From contig MGKD01000009.1 of NCBI GenBank assembly GCA_001794605.1, positions 1-51,777 on the forward strand: 51,777 nt of DNA, read 5' to 3'. Shown here in pieces: positions 18,142-27,129 of this stretch. Origin of the DNA: Candidatus Yanofskybacteria bacterium RIFCSPHIGHO2_12_FULL_45_19b (GTDB taxonomy: Bacteria; Patescibacteriota; Minisyncoccia; 2-02-FULL-40-12; IGHO2-12-FULL-4). A program made the translations under genes and the position numbers. The notes under the pieces were generated by a model, which saw only the letters and a program-made list of their open reading frames with translations, was not told where the DNA came from and did no database searches. Position 1 is the first letter of the stretch. Every line of letters starts with the position of its first letter.

Positions 18142-19914
18142 TTATAACACAACCGCTTTGATTCTACGCACACCAGCTGAGACAGATTCTTCTTTAATGA
18201 TTTTAAATTGACCTAACTCGTTGGTATTAGAAACGTGTGGCCCGCCACAAATCTCTTTGGAATAGTAATTGTCAGAGTTGCCAATAAAATAGACTTTTAC
18301 TTTGTCGCCATATTTGTGTTCAAACACACCAGTGGCGCCAACCGCGCGTGCCTCTTCCAGCGGTAACTCCTCAAAATGTACCGGCAACTTTTTTTGGATT
18401 TGCTCGTTGACGATTTTTTCTACTTCGGCAATTTGCTCCGGGGTGACTTTTTCGCCGTGCGAAAAATCAAAACGTAAACGCTCGGCAGTGATGTTGCTCC
18501 CCTTTTGCTGAATATGATCGCCCAGCACGCGCCGTAGCGCTTCTAGCATCAAGTGAGCAGCGGTATGTAAGCGTACCGTCTCGGTGCTAGCATCAGCTAA
18601 TCCGCCCTTAAACATGCCAGCGGAGGCAGTGCGCGATAAATCTTGGTGTTTTTGAAATTCATTCTTAAACTCCTCCTCGTTAACAACTAAGTCGCTTTCT
18701 TTGGCTAACTCTTGTGACATTTCAATCGGAAAGCCGTAGGTTTGATATAGATTAAAGGCATCTTTCCCGGTGACCGCCTTTAGTTTACTGAACTCACGCA
18801 GGCCTTGTTCTAGGGTTTTTCTGAACTTTTTTTCCTCTTTTTCCAGTTCAGAAACAACGCGTTTCCAACTGGCATTAAATTCGGTATAAACCAATTCGAA
18901 GTTATCAATCACCACACTAGCCAGCTTGGTAGTAAAATTTTCTTTAATTCCTAATAAATTACCATGGCGAATGGCCCGTCTTAATAAGCGCCTTAAAACA
19001 TAGCCTTGGCCGACGTTAGACGGGGCAATACCTCTTTCATCACCGATGATAAAAACCGCAGCGCGTAAATGGTCGGCAATAATGCGCATGGAACGAGTGA
19101 CTATTTCGCTTTCGCCATATTTTTTGCCAGACAACTCTTCTATCTTTTGAATGATTGGCCAAAATAGTTCAGTACGATAATTATCATCCAGACCATTAAC
19201 CACTGCCAAAGTGCGCTCTAATCCCATGCCAGTATCAACATTCGGCTTCGCTAGTGGGGTCAATTTATTATCGTTACCCTTGTTAAATTGCATAAAGACG
19301 TCATTCCAAATTTCCACCCAGAGCGAGTCACTGTCATCAAATTTTTCTGGAACTTGTCCTGAGCTTGCCGAAGGACCTACCCAATAAAACATCTCTGAAT
19401 CTGGTCCGCAGGGCCCGGTTTCCATTCCCCACCAGTTATTTTTCTTGGGCAACTTGGCAATGCGTTCTTTTGGAATACCCGAATCCACCCAAGCATCATA
19501 GGCCTCTTGATCAAGTGGCGCGTCTTCGTCACCGGCAAAGACAGAAATCGCTAAACGGTTTTTATCTAAACCCAGCCATTCCGAGCTGGTTAAAAATTCA
19601 TAACTCCACTCGATCGCTTCTTTTTTAAAATAGTCACCCAACGACCAATTGCCCAGCATTTCAAAAAAGGTGTGATGGAAACTATCGCCTACTTCATCAA
19701 TATCGCCGGTACGAATGCATTTTTGCACATTCACCAAGCGTTGCCCGCCCGGATGTTTCTCACCGAGCAAAAAGGGTACTAGTGGATGCATGCCCGCGGT
19801 AGTAAAAAGTACCGATGGGTCGTTTTCCGGAATTAAAGAGGCACTGGGGATTACTGTGTGCCCTTTAGCTTTAAAGAAGTTTAGAAATTTTTCCCTAATC
19901 TCTATAGATGTCAT
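18142..19914 (-). CDS. alaS: alanine--tRNA ligase, short form lacking the C-Ala domain
   Basis: FTTAGMHP and HHTFFEMLGNWS, editing-domain HTAAHLMLEALR, and CGGPHV near the C-terminus. Start set to ATG 19914 (MTSIEIREKF). Confidence 0.9.
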   Translation of the reverse strand: MTSIEIREKFLNFFKAKGHTVIPSASLIPENDPSVLFTTAGMHPLVPFLLGEKHPGGQRLVNVQKCIRTGDIDEVGDSFHHTFFEMLGNWSLGDYFKKEAIEWSYEFLTSSEWLGLDKNRLAISVFAGDEDAPLDQEAYDAWVDSGIPKERIAKLPKKNNWWGMETGPCGPDSEMFYWVGPSASSGQVPEKFDDSDSLWVEIWNDVFMQFNKGNDNKLTPLAKPNVDTGMGLERTLAVVNGLDDNYRTELFWPIIQKIEELSGKKYGESEIVTRSMRIIADHLRAAVFIIGDERGIAPSNVGQGYVLRRLLRRAIRHGNLLGIKENFTTKLASVVIDNFELVYTEFNASWKRVVSELEKEEKKFRKTLEQGLREFSKLKAVTGKDAFNLYQTYGFPIEMSQELAKESDLVVNEEEFKNEFQKHQDLSRTASAGMFKGGLADASTETVRLHTAAHLMLEALRRVLGDHIQQKGSNITAERLRFDFSHGEKVTPEQIAEVEKIVNEQIQKKLPVHFEELPLEEARAVGATGVFEHKYGDKVKVYFIGNSDNYYSKEICGGPHVSNTNELGQFKIIKEESVSAGVRRIKAVVL

Positions 19915-20036
19915 TTGAGAAAATAAATTTTTGCTTGCCCGTCGTAGCTTTAGCGAAGGCGGGGCGTAATTCACTAGCGGTCATGTATGGGAATCTGTGT
20001 GTGCGGACCAACCCCGTTTTATTTTTTAAGAAAAAT

Positions 20037-20369
20037 CTAAACCCTGACTATTTCAAGTATTCTTGATCTTGTTACTGGGCCACCTTGTTCGCTAAATCCC
20101 AATTTGAAACCTAACCCAACCTCCCCCTTCCTAAGTTCACCATTTAAATCAACCCCATAAATAGAAGTTTTGATTGGAGTGGGGCAGTATTCTGGATGGC
20201 CAGAAATATAGAGCCCATCATCTCTGCTTTCAATGCGATAGGTTATTCCGCTTTTGGTCTTAACAATTAATGTTTCGCCAATTTTTAATTCTTCCAGGTC
20301 AAAAACTGGTTCTACTCTCTCTGCTTCTTCTGGTGCTTTTATTTTCCCTAAAATGGGGGCTTTTTCCAT
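20037..20369 (-). CDS. hypothetical protein (110 aa)
   Basis: Clean ORF with ATG start; no recognisable motif. Confidence 0.45.
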   Translation of the reverse strand: MEKAPILGKIKAPEEAERVEPVFDLEELKIGETLIVKTKSGITYRIESRDDGLYISGHPEYCPTPIKTSIYGVDLNGELRKGEVGLGFKLGFSEQGGPVTRSRILEIVRV

Positions 20370-20397
20370 ATTACTTTTGTTTAGTTAACTTTCTCTG

Positions 20398-20469
20398 GGG
20401 GATCTAGGAGATTTGCACTCCTGCTAACAGGACCACAACCTGTTGTGCTGCTGCTACACCAAGATCCCC
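20398..20469 (-). tRNA. tRNA-His (GTG) with encoded G-1
   Basis: Hand-folded cloverleaf: G-1:C73, acceptor GGGATCT/AGATCCC, anticodon arm ACAGG-TTGTGGT-CCTGT, T arm AGGAG-TGCAAAT-CTCCT. The T loop has G at position 55 and the D loop AGCAGCA lacks GG. Confidence 0.75.
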
Positions 20470-20494
20470 ATAAGTTTCTTTTCTTTCCGACCAC

Positions 20495-20731
20495 TTATTT
20501 ACGAACCCTTCTCTTAACTGACGCTAACCGAGTGTCTATCGTTTGAACCTTGGCCTCCAGATGTTCAAAAGATTTTTTGGATGGTATTTCTAAAACCACA
20601 TCGAGGATATTTTTTAGAGCATGATCTATTTTTTCGAAACGAGCATCCACCTTGTCGAAACGCTCTCCCATAACAGAAAACTCATCTTGAGTCATCCGCG
20701 CCAGGCTTTCAATGGTTATTTTTCTCTTCAT
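20495..20731 (-). CDS. small coiled-coil protein (78 aa)
   Basis: Start set to ATG 20731 (MKRKITIESLARMTQDEF). Heptad-like charged sequence, between two tRNA genes. Confidence 0.45.
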   Translation of the reverse strand: MKRKITIESLARMTQDEFSVMGERFDKVDARFEKIDHALKNILDVVLEIPSKKSFEHLEAKVQTIDTRLASVKRRVRK

Positions 20732-20784
20732 GTTCAGGGTTAATATAACAAAAACAAAACAGACAGACAACTGGATATTTCTAG

Positions 20785-20856
20785 TCCCCTCGGAGGGAAT
20801 CGGACCCCCATAAACGCCTTAGAAGAGCGCTGCTCGATCCATTGAGCTACGAGGGG
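20785..20856 (-). tRNA. tRNA-Arg (TCT)
   Basis: Acceptor CCCCTCG/CGAGGGG, D arm GCTC-AATGGATC-GAGC, anticodon loop CTTCTAA, T arm GGGGG-TCCGATT-CCCTC (C at position 55). No encoded CCA. Confidence 0.8.
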
Positions 20857-20906
20857 TTTTCAATTATCAAAAAATAGCATATAATGACCTATTCGTAAAG
20901 AAATTT

Positions 20907-20980
20907 CGGACCGGCGTATGACGGTGGTACGACTGATTTGGGATCAGTTAGACCGGGTTCAACTCCCGGCGGTCCGACCA
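20907..20980 (+). tRNA. tRNA-Pro (TGG), CCA encoded
   Basis: Acceptor CGGACCG/CGGTCCG, anticodon arm ACTGA-TTTGGGA-TCAGT, T arm CCGGG-TTCAACT-CCCGG, then ACCA. G rather than U at position 8. Confidence 0.8.
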
Positions 20981-20992
20981 GTGAGGCTTAAA

Positions 20993-21027
20993 CAATCAAA
21001 ATCCGCCTGGATGGCGGATTTTGATTG
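20993..21027 (+). terminator. rho-independent terminator after tRNA-Pro
   Basis: caatcaaaatccgcc-tgga-tggcggattttgattg long hairpin with a U-run. Confidence 0.65.
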
Positions 21028-21271
21028 GAGAGCGAATATTATCGTTCAATCTCCATTGGGCCAGTTCGAACCGATGCTTCAGGATCTGAATCAAGAAAAC
21101 TCTCTACAAACCAAGTACCAAAATCTCGATCAGTTAAACCATACACATAGACCGTAGTATCCGGGCCGGTTGGATTATTTTGTGCTGATCCCCGGTCACT
21201 TTCACCAGCTTTTGTGTGTTTATTTTTTTGAAAGAGAGTTATCGACCGTTATAATTTAGATTTTAGTATGC

Positions 21272-21835
21272 TTAGAATTCATAGACAAATAATCTCTGCC
21301 CCAGCGCTTTGTGGGGCCGGTTAAGATTAATAATTCTTTGTGGCGTCAGCTCGTTAAACTGAAAATCGCAGGAGACTAGCCTGGTGCCTGGATGAAGTTC
21401 TTGTTTTAGCTTCGGTAGTAACTGATTCATTATTTCCGGGAAAAGATAGGTGAAAACATGGGTAGCAGGAGTAAGGTCTTGTTTGAAAAAACTACCGTGC
21501 GTTAGTTTTATATTCCTAGCTTTACCCAGTCGGATTCGCCAGCGCGCTAAAGTTATCGGTAGCCAAGAGATATCAATTCCAACAAATTTAGCTTTAGGTT
21601 GGCCAGCTTGGGCGGCTAGTAAAACTCGCCCATCACCACAGCCGAGGTCAAACAAAACGCTATTGGGCCGAAGTTCCAAGGCTTTCACAATTTCTCCTAA
21701 AACCGCTTTGGGTATTGGAACAAAAGGGGCGCGACGGGTGATAATTAGATGCCAAACAAAGAAGAAAGCGATAATGATTACGATGATCGGTATAAACAGT
21801 AGCAGAACGGTAATCGCTAGATAAATGATATTCAC
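21272..21835 (-). CDS. membrane-anchored class I SAM-dependent methyltransferase
   Basis: N-terminal TM, then motif I VLFDLGCGDGRVLL. GTG start in the track. Confidence 0.7.
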   Translation of the reverse strand: MNIIYLAITVLLLFIPIIVIIIAFFFVWHLIITRRAPFVPIPKAVLGEIVKALELRPNSVLFDLGCGDGRVLLAAQAGQPKAKFVGIDISWLPITLARWRIRLGKARNIKLTHGSFFKQDLTPATHVFTYLFPEIMNQLLPKLKQELHPGTRLVSCDFQFNELTPQRIINLNRPHKALGQRLFVYEF

Positions 21836-21917
21836 GGTCTTATACTAGCATTATTGCCGAGTGAGAAAAATTGAAAAATTGCGAAGTTATGGCAGAATGA
21901 GAATACAAAATTTACTC

Positions 21918-21991
21918 GCGGGATTGGTATAGTGGCATTACGCTACCCTTCCAAGGTAGAGACGCCAGTTCGACTCTGGTATCCCGCTCCA
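21918..21991 (+). tRNA. tRNA-Gly (TCC), CCA encoded
   Basis: Acceptor GCGGGAT/ATCCCGC, anticodon arm CTACC-CTTCCAA-GGTAG, canonical T arm GCCAG-TTCGACT-CTGGT. Confidence 0.85.
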
Positions 21992-21996
21992 GGATA

Positions 21997-22022
21997 CAAA
22001 ACCCGCCTTGTGGCGGGTTTTG
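21997..22022. terminator. bidirectional terminator between tRNA-Gly and HU gene
   Basis: caaaACCCGCCttgtGGCGGGTtttg. Confidence 0.7.
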
Positions 22023-22048
22023 TAAAAGTGTTAGATTACGAAAACTAA

Positions 22049-22324
22049 TTACTGTACCAATTCTTTCAAGACTTTACTGGCGCGGAACTTTGGAGCTTTG
22101 GAAGCCTTGACATGTACCGTTTCACCAGTCTTAGGATTGCGAGCTTCACGGGCTTTGCGGTCAGCCACTCGGAAGATACCAAAGCCGGAGATGTTTACCT
22201 TGTCTCCACTCTTGATTACCTTAGCAATTTCATCGAAAGTAGCATCCAGCCACTCCACACCCTGCTTCTTCGAGATCTCAAACTTCTCTGCTAATACTTG
22301 GGCTAACTGATTCTTTTTGACCAT
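22049..22324 (-). CDS. hup: DNA-binding protein HU
   Basis: GFGIFRVADRKAREARNPKTGETVHVKASKAPKFRASK. Start set to ATG 22324, preceded by GGAGGTG. Confidence 0.9.
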   Translation of the reverse strand: MVKKNQLAQVLAEKFEISKKQGVEWLDATFDEIAKVIKSGDKVNISGFGIFRVADRKAREARNPKTGETVHVKASKAPKFRASKVLKELVQ

Positions 22325-22443
22325 AAACACCTCCTTCTAGTGATTTGGAAGGGTAAAGTGTCGCTGACAGTGGGCCACTTCAGCCCGGTCCGCGCCACCC
22401 TATCACCAGTCACTAAATTGTTAGTTTATTTCTAAGCACTGGG

Positions 22444-22472
22444 ATGATAGCACTATTGTATAGTATTTCCAA
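22444..22472 (-). promoter_or_regulatory. sigma70-like promoter for hup with ~110-nt GC-rich leader
   Basis: TTGGAA, 17-nt spacer, TATCAT on the minus strand. The leader contains GGGTGGCGCGGACCGGGCTGAAGTGGCCCACTGTCAGCG. Confidence 0.5.
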
Positions 22473-22501
22473 GCTTTTTTATCCACTGAGACAAACTGAC
22501 T

Positions 22502-24034
22502 CTAGCGAGCATATTCAATCGCTCTAGTTTCACGGATTACATTAACTTTAATTTCTCCTGGGTAACGCATCTCCTCTTCGATCTGTTTGGCGATATCTCT
22601 GGCCATTTTCATGGCGGTTAGGTCGTCAATTTTAGTTGGGGTAACAAAGACGCGCAACTCTCTACCGGCTTGTACCGCATAGGTTTTTTCCACCCCAGTA
22701 AAGGAATTAGCAATACGCTCTAAGTCTTCGAGGCGTTTGATATAGATCTCCACCGAGTCTCGGCGCGCCCCCGGGCGGGCACCAGAAATGGCATCAGCGG
22801 TTTGGACAATACGCGACTCTAGCGTGACATAAGGATACTCCTCATGATGCGCTTCCATACCCATAATGACTTTTTCGTCCATGCCAAACTTCTGCAAGAT
22901 TTTGCGGCCAATCTCCACGTGACTACCCTGGACTTCGTGATCAACTGCTTTGCCGATATCGTGGAAAAGGGCGGCTTTTTTAGTTACCGAAACATCCGCT
23001 CCCAACTCTTGCGCCAGCATTCCAGCCAGGTGAGTCATTTCAATCGAGTGCAATAAGACATTTTGGCCGAAACTGGTACGGAAGGCTAAGCGACCAAGCA
23101 AAAAGGTTAGTTTAGGATCGACTGGACTGATACCAACGTCAAACAGCGCCGCCTCGCCGGCTTCTTTAATCTTGTCATTGATTTCTGACTTGGCCTTTTC
23201 TACTACCTCCTCGATTTTAGCCGGGTGAATCCGGCCATCGGCAATTAATTTTTCCAGTGCTAATTTAGCCACCTGACGACGGACCGGATCGAAACCCGAA
23301 AGAATCATCGTTTCTGGAGTATCATCAATAATTACGTCGACACCGGTAAGGCGTTCAATGGTTTTAATATTGCGACCCTCTTTGCCAATAATTTTACCCT
23401 TTAGTTCATCTGAAGGCAGATGTACCACGGTAGTAGTGATATCAGCAATATGACTACCGCCATAACGTTGAATGGCGGTAGTCATAATCTCCTTGGCACG
23501 CTTATCCAGGGCCTCCATATTATTCCCTTCCAGCTTCTTCATGCGTTCGTAGAGTTCATCTTTGTACTCCTCTTCCACACGCTGATTAATTAGCTTGATG
23601 GCATCTTCTTTTTTCAAACCCGAGACTTTCTCTAACTCAATAATCTGTTGTTGGCGCTTAGCCTCTAGCTCTTGCTGTAATTTGGTCACCTCTCCGGTTT
23701 TGCCCTGGAGACTCTTTTTATCTTGGTCGAGTTCCTTAACCTTAGTTTCTAACTCGGCCTCCTTTTTATCTAACATGCCTTCGATACGCAAAAGCTGAGC
23801 ATTGCGCTCATGGATCTCTTTTTTTGACTCATCAATTAACTTGAGGGCCTGGTTCTTCGCCTCGAGTAATAAATCTTGGGACTTGTTCTTGGCCTCGACG
23901 AGGATGTCGTTGGCGTGAGTTTCCGCCGACTGAATGCGCTTATTAGTAATTAAGCGCCGAACCGCGTAACCCAGCCCGATACCAACCAGAAATGCTAAAA
24001 TCGTCACAAAGATGGACGCAATTTGGAAAGTCAT
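22502..24034 (-). CDS. rny: ribonuclease Y
   Basis: N-terminal TM, coiled coil, KH domain (IGKEGRNIKTIERLTGVDVIIDD) and HD domain (LFHDIGKAVDHE). Confidence 0.95.
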   Translation of the reverse strand: MTFQIASIFVTILAFLVGIGLGYAVRRLITNKRIQSAETHANDILVEAKNKSQDLLLEAKNQALKLIDESKKEIHERNAQLLRIEGMLDKKEAELETKVKELDQDKKSLQGKTGEVTKLQQELEAKRQQQIIELEKVSGLKKEDAIKLINQRVEEEYKDELYERMKKLEGNNMEALDKRAKEIMTTAIQRYGGSHIADITTTVVHLPSDELKGKIIGKEGRNIKTIERLTGVDVIIDDTPETMILSGFDPVRRQVAKLALEKLIADGRIHPAKIEEVVEKAKSEINDKIKEAGEAALFDVGISPVDPKLTFLLGRLAFRTSFGQNVLLHSIEMTHLAGMLAQELGADVSVTKKAALFHDIGKAVDHEVQGSHVEIGRKILQKFGMDEKVIMGMEAHHEEYPYVTLESRIVQTADAISGARPGARRDSVEIYIKRLEDLERIANSFTGVEKTYAVQAGRELRVFVTPTKIDDLTAMKMARDIAKQIEEEMRYPGEIKVNVIRETRAIEYAR

Positions 24035-24233
24035 GAATTGTGAGCAAGAAAATCATAGTTTTTGATGACTTTGGTGCTTAATAAATAGTTTCAATCAGTT
24101 TACCACGAGAAGGTTGAGAAGTCTAACTGGTTGTCTCGGCCACATTCTCTCGGGTCACCATTCGAAATCCCAGCGTGATTTCTCATTCCCTCAAAAGCGT
24201 GGGTTTGACTCGCCAACCATGCAACCCACACTT

Positions 24234-24262
24234 TTGTTGTTTATTAAGGAAATTGTTATGAT
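24234..24262 (+). promoter_or_regulatory. extended -10 promoter, leaderless candidate for gpmI
   Basis: TTGTTG, 17-nt spacer, TGtTATGAT; 6 nt to ATG 24269; no SD. Confidence 0.5.
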
Positions 24263-24268
24263 ATCTCC

Positions 24269-25813
24269 ATGCCTGCTCGACCTCTGGTTTTATTGATTAT
24301 TGATGGTTTTGGAGTAAGCGATATTAAGATCGGCAATGCCGTACTGATGGCACGTAAGCCGACTTGGGACACTTTGTTGGCCGACTATCCACATACTTTA
24401 TTACAAGCTTCCGGTGAGGCGGTGGGGATGGATTGGGGTGAGTCAGGCAATTCGGAGGTTGGCCACCTGGCGATTGGCTCCGGACGGATTGTAAAGCATT
24501 ACTCGGCCATCATTAACTCAGCCATAAAGGATGGGTCATTTTCACAGAATCCAGCCCTCCTGGGGGCAATTGAGCACGCTCAGAAGCAAAACTCTAAACT
24601 ACACCTGGCTGGATTATTGACCAGTGGAGCGGTGCACGCCCATTTTGATCATTTGATAGCGCTTTTGGACTTAGTGGAGAAAAGTAATGTCAGCCAAATT
24701 TGTTTGCACCTATTTACTGATGGCAAAGATGGTGCGGCCTTTGAAAGTGAACAGCTACTAAAACATCTCAGTGAACACTTAAAAAACTCGTCTAAAATTA
24801 AGTTAGTTACCATGGTGGGGAGAGATTTTGCCATGGCGCGTAATCTAGATTGGGATCGCACCAAAATTGCTTACGATATGCTAGTTAATGGAGTGGGCGA
24901 AAAGGTGGCTGATTTGGCAGTGGCAGTAGCCGAAAAGCACAAGCAGAATATTAGCGATGCGGTCATGCCGGCGCTGATTTCTGGCCAAGTCGATAGTTTT
25001 ACTATTGCTGAAAATGACGCTATCATCTTTTTCAACTTCCGTGAGGAGCGAATGCGCCAACTAACCCGAGCCTTTGGTGAACCGGGCTTTACGAACTTCC
25101 CAGCGAAGGTTTTTACTAATTTATTTATCACCACTTTCACTCCTTACCTGGAAAACACTAATCATCATGTGGCTTTTTTCCCGCCAGCCGTGGAGAATAA
25201 CCTACCAGAGGTGCTCAGCCTTAACGGCAAAAAGCAGTATCATTTAGCCGAAAGTGAAAAGGCCGCGCATGTTACCCTATTTTTTAATGGTTTGCATAAC
25301 AAGTCCTACACCGGAGAAGAGGATTTTATTATTGATTCGCCCCATGATTTGGCGCAAGAGCCACAAATGCGTTGTGCCGAGATTGCCCAAAAAGCTGTTG
25401 AAATATTAGCCACCGATCAGTACGATTTTATGGTGATTAATCTTGCCAATGCTGACATGCTTTCACATTTAGGCGATGTTAATCTAACGGTCAAAGGGGT
25501 AGAGTTCGTGGATGATGCTCTAAGTACGCTTTACCAGGCGGTAAAAAAAGCCGGCGGCACACTGGTAGTTACCGCTGATCATGGCAATGCTGAAGCGGTG
25601 GTTTATTCCACCAGCGGTGAAAAAGAAACTAAACATAATAACAACCCAGTCCCCTTCTGTTTGGTAGATGAAAATTATCGTGGCCAAGCTTGGCCGGATG
25701 ATGTCAATGGGATTTTGGCCGATGTGGCACCGACTATTTTAGAATTAATGGGACTAGCCACTCCTAATGAAATGACCGGAAAAAGTTTGTTGCGATTGCT
25801 GAAGACAAAATAG
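24269..25813 (+). CDS. gpmI: 2,3-bisphosphoglycerate-independent phosphoglycerate mutase
   Basis: LLIIDGFG, NSEVGHLAIGSGR and TADHGNAE; 514 aa. Confidence 0.95.
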   Translation: MPARPLVLLIIDGFGVSDIKIGNAVLMARKPTWDTLLADYPHTLLQASGEAVGMDWGESGNSEVGHLAIGSGRIVKHYSAIINSAIKDGSFSQNPALLGAIEHAQKQNSKLHLAGLLTSGAVHAHFDHLIALLDLVEKSNVSQICLHLFTDGKDGAAFESEQLLKHLSEHLKNSSKIKLVTMVGRDFAMARNLDWDRTKIAYDMLVNGVGEKVADLAVAVAEKHKQNISDAVMPALISGQVDSFTIAENDAIIFFNFREERMRQLTRAFGEPGFTNFPAKVFTNLFITTFTPYLENTNHHVAFFPPAVENNLPEVLSLNGKKQYHLAESEKAAHVTLFFNGLHNKSYTGEEDFIIDSPHDLAQEPQMRCAEIAQKAVEILATDQYDFMVINLANADMLSHLGDVNLTVKGVEFVDDALSTLYQAVKKAGGTLVVTADHGNAEAVVYSTSGEKETKHNNNPVPFCLVDENYRGQAWPDDVNGILADVAPTILELMGLATPNEMTGKSLLRLLKTK

Positions 25814-25815
25814 GT

Positions 25816-26026
25816 GCTCGGCCACTGTCATTCACCATCTTTCGTCCAGTGCGATAAAACTGATTGCGCTAGTCTCATATTTCTAGATAAAAAATCGAGC
25901 CTCTTCCGTTTCGCCTTGCTAGGCTCTGACTACATCTCCGATTTATTTATCAACGAAACATCTCAACTAGCTCATCATTTTATTAGCACCGTCCTCAACA
26001 TGATGGCTGAATGACAGTGACCTCGC
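25816..26026. repeat. MITE-like element: ~20-bp terminal inverted repeats around an AT-rich ~160-bp core
   Basis: ggccactgtcattcaccatc (25820-25839) versus the reverse complement of gatggctgaatgacagtgacc (26002-26022); they differ by one substitution and a 1-nt indel. Lies between convergent gpmI and mnmA. Confidence 0.5.
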
Positions 26027-26050
26027 TTAACCGGATTGTTTTGAATAAAA

Positions 26051-27118
26051 TTATTCCAGTATTCCTCCACCTAGTAGTTCTTGGCCTTTGTAGAATACTA
26101 TGGATTGGCCAGAGGCCAGAGCGCGGGCGGGTTTGAGAAAATCAACCGCTAGGCCGTTGATTGTTTTGTTGATGGAAACTGGAATTAATTCACCGCGGTA
26201 GCGGATCATGGCGGAAACTTTAGCTGGAAATTTCGGGGCCTCACCTACCCAAGAGACAGTTTTTACTAAAACTTTTTTGCTGAGTTGATCTAGTTTTTTT
26301 GAGTCAGTTGTTACGTAAACAATATTCTTTTTTAAATCCTTGTGGGTGACAAAATATGGCCCTTGGCCGTTGCCGATGTTTAAGCCATGGCGTTGACCGA
26401 TAGTATAGAGTTGAACGCCGTCGTGTTGGCCAACCGCCAGACCGTTGTCGTTGATAATTTTTCCAGTTTTGGCTTTGAGATAGTGTTTTAAAAATTCACG
26501 CAAAACTACTGGGCCAATAAAACAAATCCCCTGGCTATCTTTTTTTGCGTAATTCGGTAATTTAAATTTCTTGGCCAGCTTACGGACATCCGGTTTAGTT
26601 AAATCTCCCACCGGGAAAAGTACGTATTTTAACTGTTTTTGAGTTAATGTCCACAGAAAATAGGACTGGTCTTTGTTTTCATCTATCCCCTTTAATAATT
26701 TGGAATTTGTCATTTCCCGTCCAAGACGGGCGTAGTGTCCCGTCGCAATCAGCTCCGCCCCTTCTTTTAGAGCCCGCTTTAAAAATAAACCAAACTTAAT
26801 CTCTTTGTTGCACATCACGTCTGGGTTAGGCGTCAGGCCGTGCTGGTAGGCATTAATCATATAGTCGGCTACCCAGGTTTTGTACTCTTTAGAAAAGTCC
26901 CAGGTTTTAAATGGTATGTCCAAGGCCGTAGCGGCGGCTAAAGCCACCTGACGTTCTTCTTTCCAATTACAAAACGCCCCGCGTTCTGGTTGCCAGGGTT
27001 TAAAAAATACTCCCGTTACTTGATAACCAGCTTGTTTGAGTAGGGCGGCGGCGACAGAAGAGTCCACTCCACCCGATAGCGCCACAAAAACTTTTATCAC
27101 TGTGTGAAACAATTTCAA
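26051..27118 (-). CDS. mnmA: tRNA 2-thiouridine(34) synthase MnmA
   Basis: PP-loop ALSGGVDSSVAA; conserved DSQGICFIG. Confidence 0.9.
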   Translation of the reverse strand: MKLFHTVIKVFVALSGGVDSSVAAALLKQAGYQVTGVFFKPWQPERGAFCNWKEERQVALAAATALDIPFKTWDFSKEYKTWVADYMINAYQHGLTPNPDVMCNKEIKFGLFLKRALKEGAELIATGHYARLGREMTNSKLLKGIDENKDQSYFLWTLTQKQLKYVLFPVGDLTKPDVRKLAKKFKLPNYAKKDSQGICFIGPVVLREFLKHYLKAKTGKIINDNGLAVGQHDGVQLYTIGQRHGLNIGNGQGPYFVTHKDLKKNIVYVTTDSKKLDQLSKKVLVKTVSWVGEAPKFPAKVSAMIRYRGELIPVSINKTINGLAVDFLKPARALASGQSIVFYKGQELLGGGILE

Positions 27119-27129
27119 TGGGAGATAAT

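Noticed and set aside
19915-20036. T-box riboswitch upstream of alaS
   Set aside because: ACGGGGTTGGTCCGCAC resembles the T-box core GGGTGGTACCGCG only partially. The 122-nt leader is too short for Stem I and a specifier, and no clear terminator/antiterminator pair is present.
21037-21271. tRNA-like or tmRNA-like element (GGTTCGAAC) and SRP-like hairpin downstream of the methyltransferase gene
   Set aside because: The TTCGAA motif is not flanked by complementary T-stem arms, no acceptor stem can be drawn, and the GACCG...CGGTC hairpin lacks SRP helix-8 motifs. Left unannotated as a possibly structured 3' region.
25814-26014. 66-aa plus-strand ORF after gpmI
   Set aside because: It has a GTG start directly abutting the gpmI stop, lies entirely within the MITE-like element, and has low-complexity sequence.
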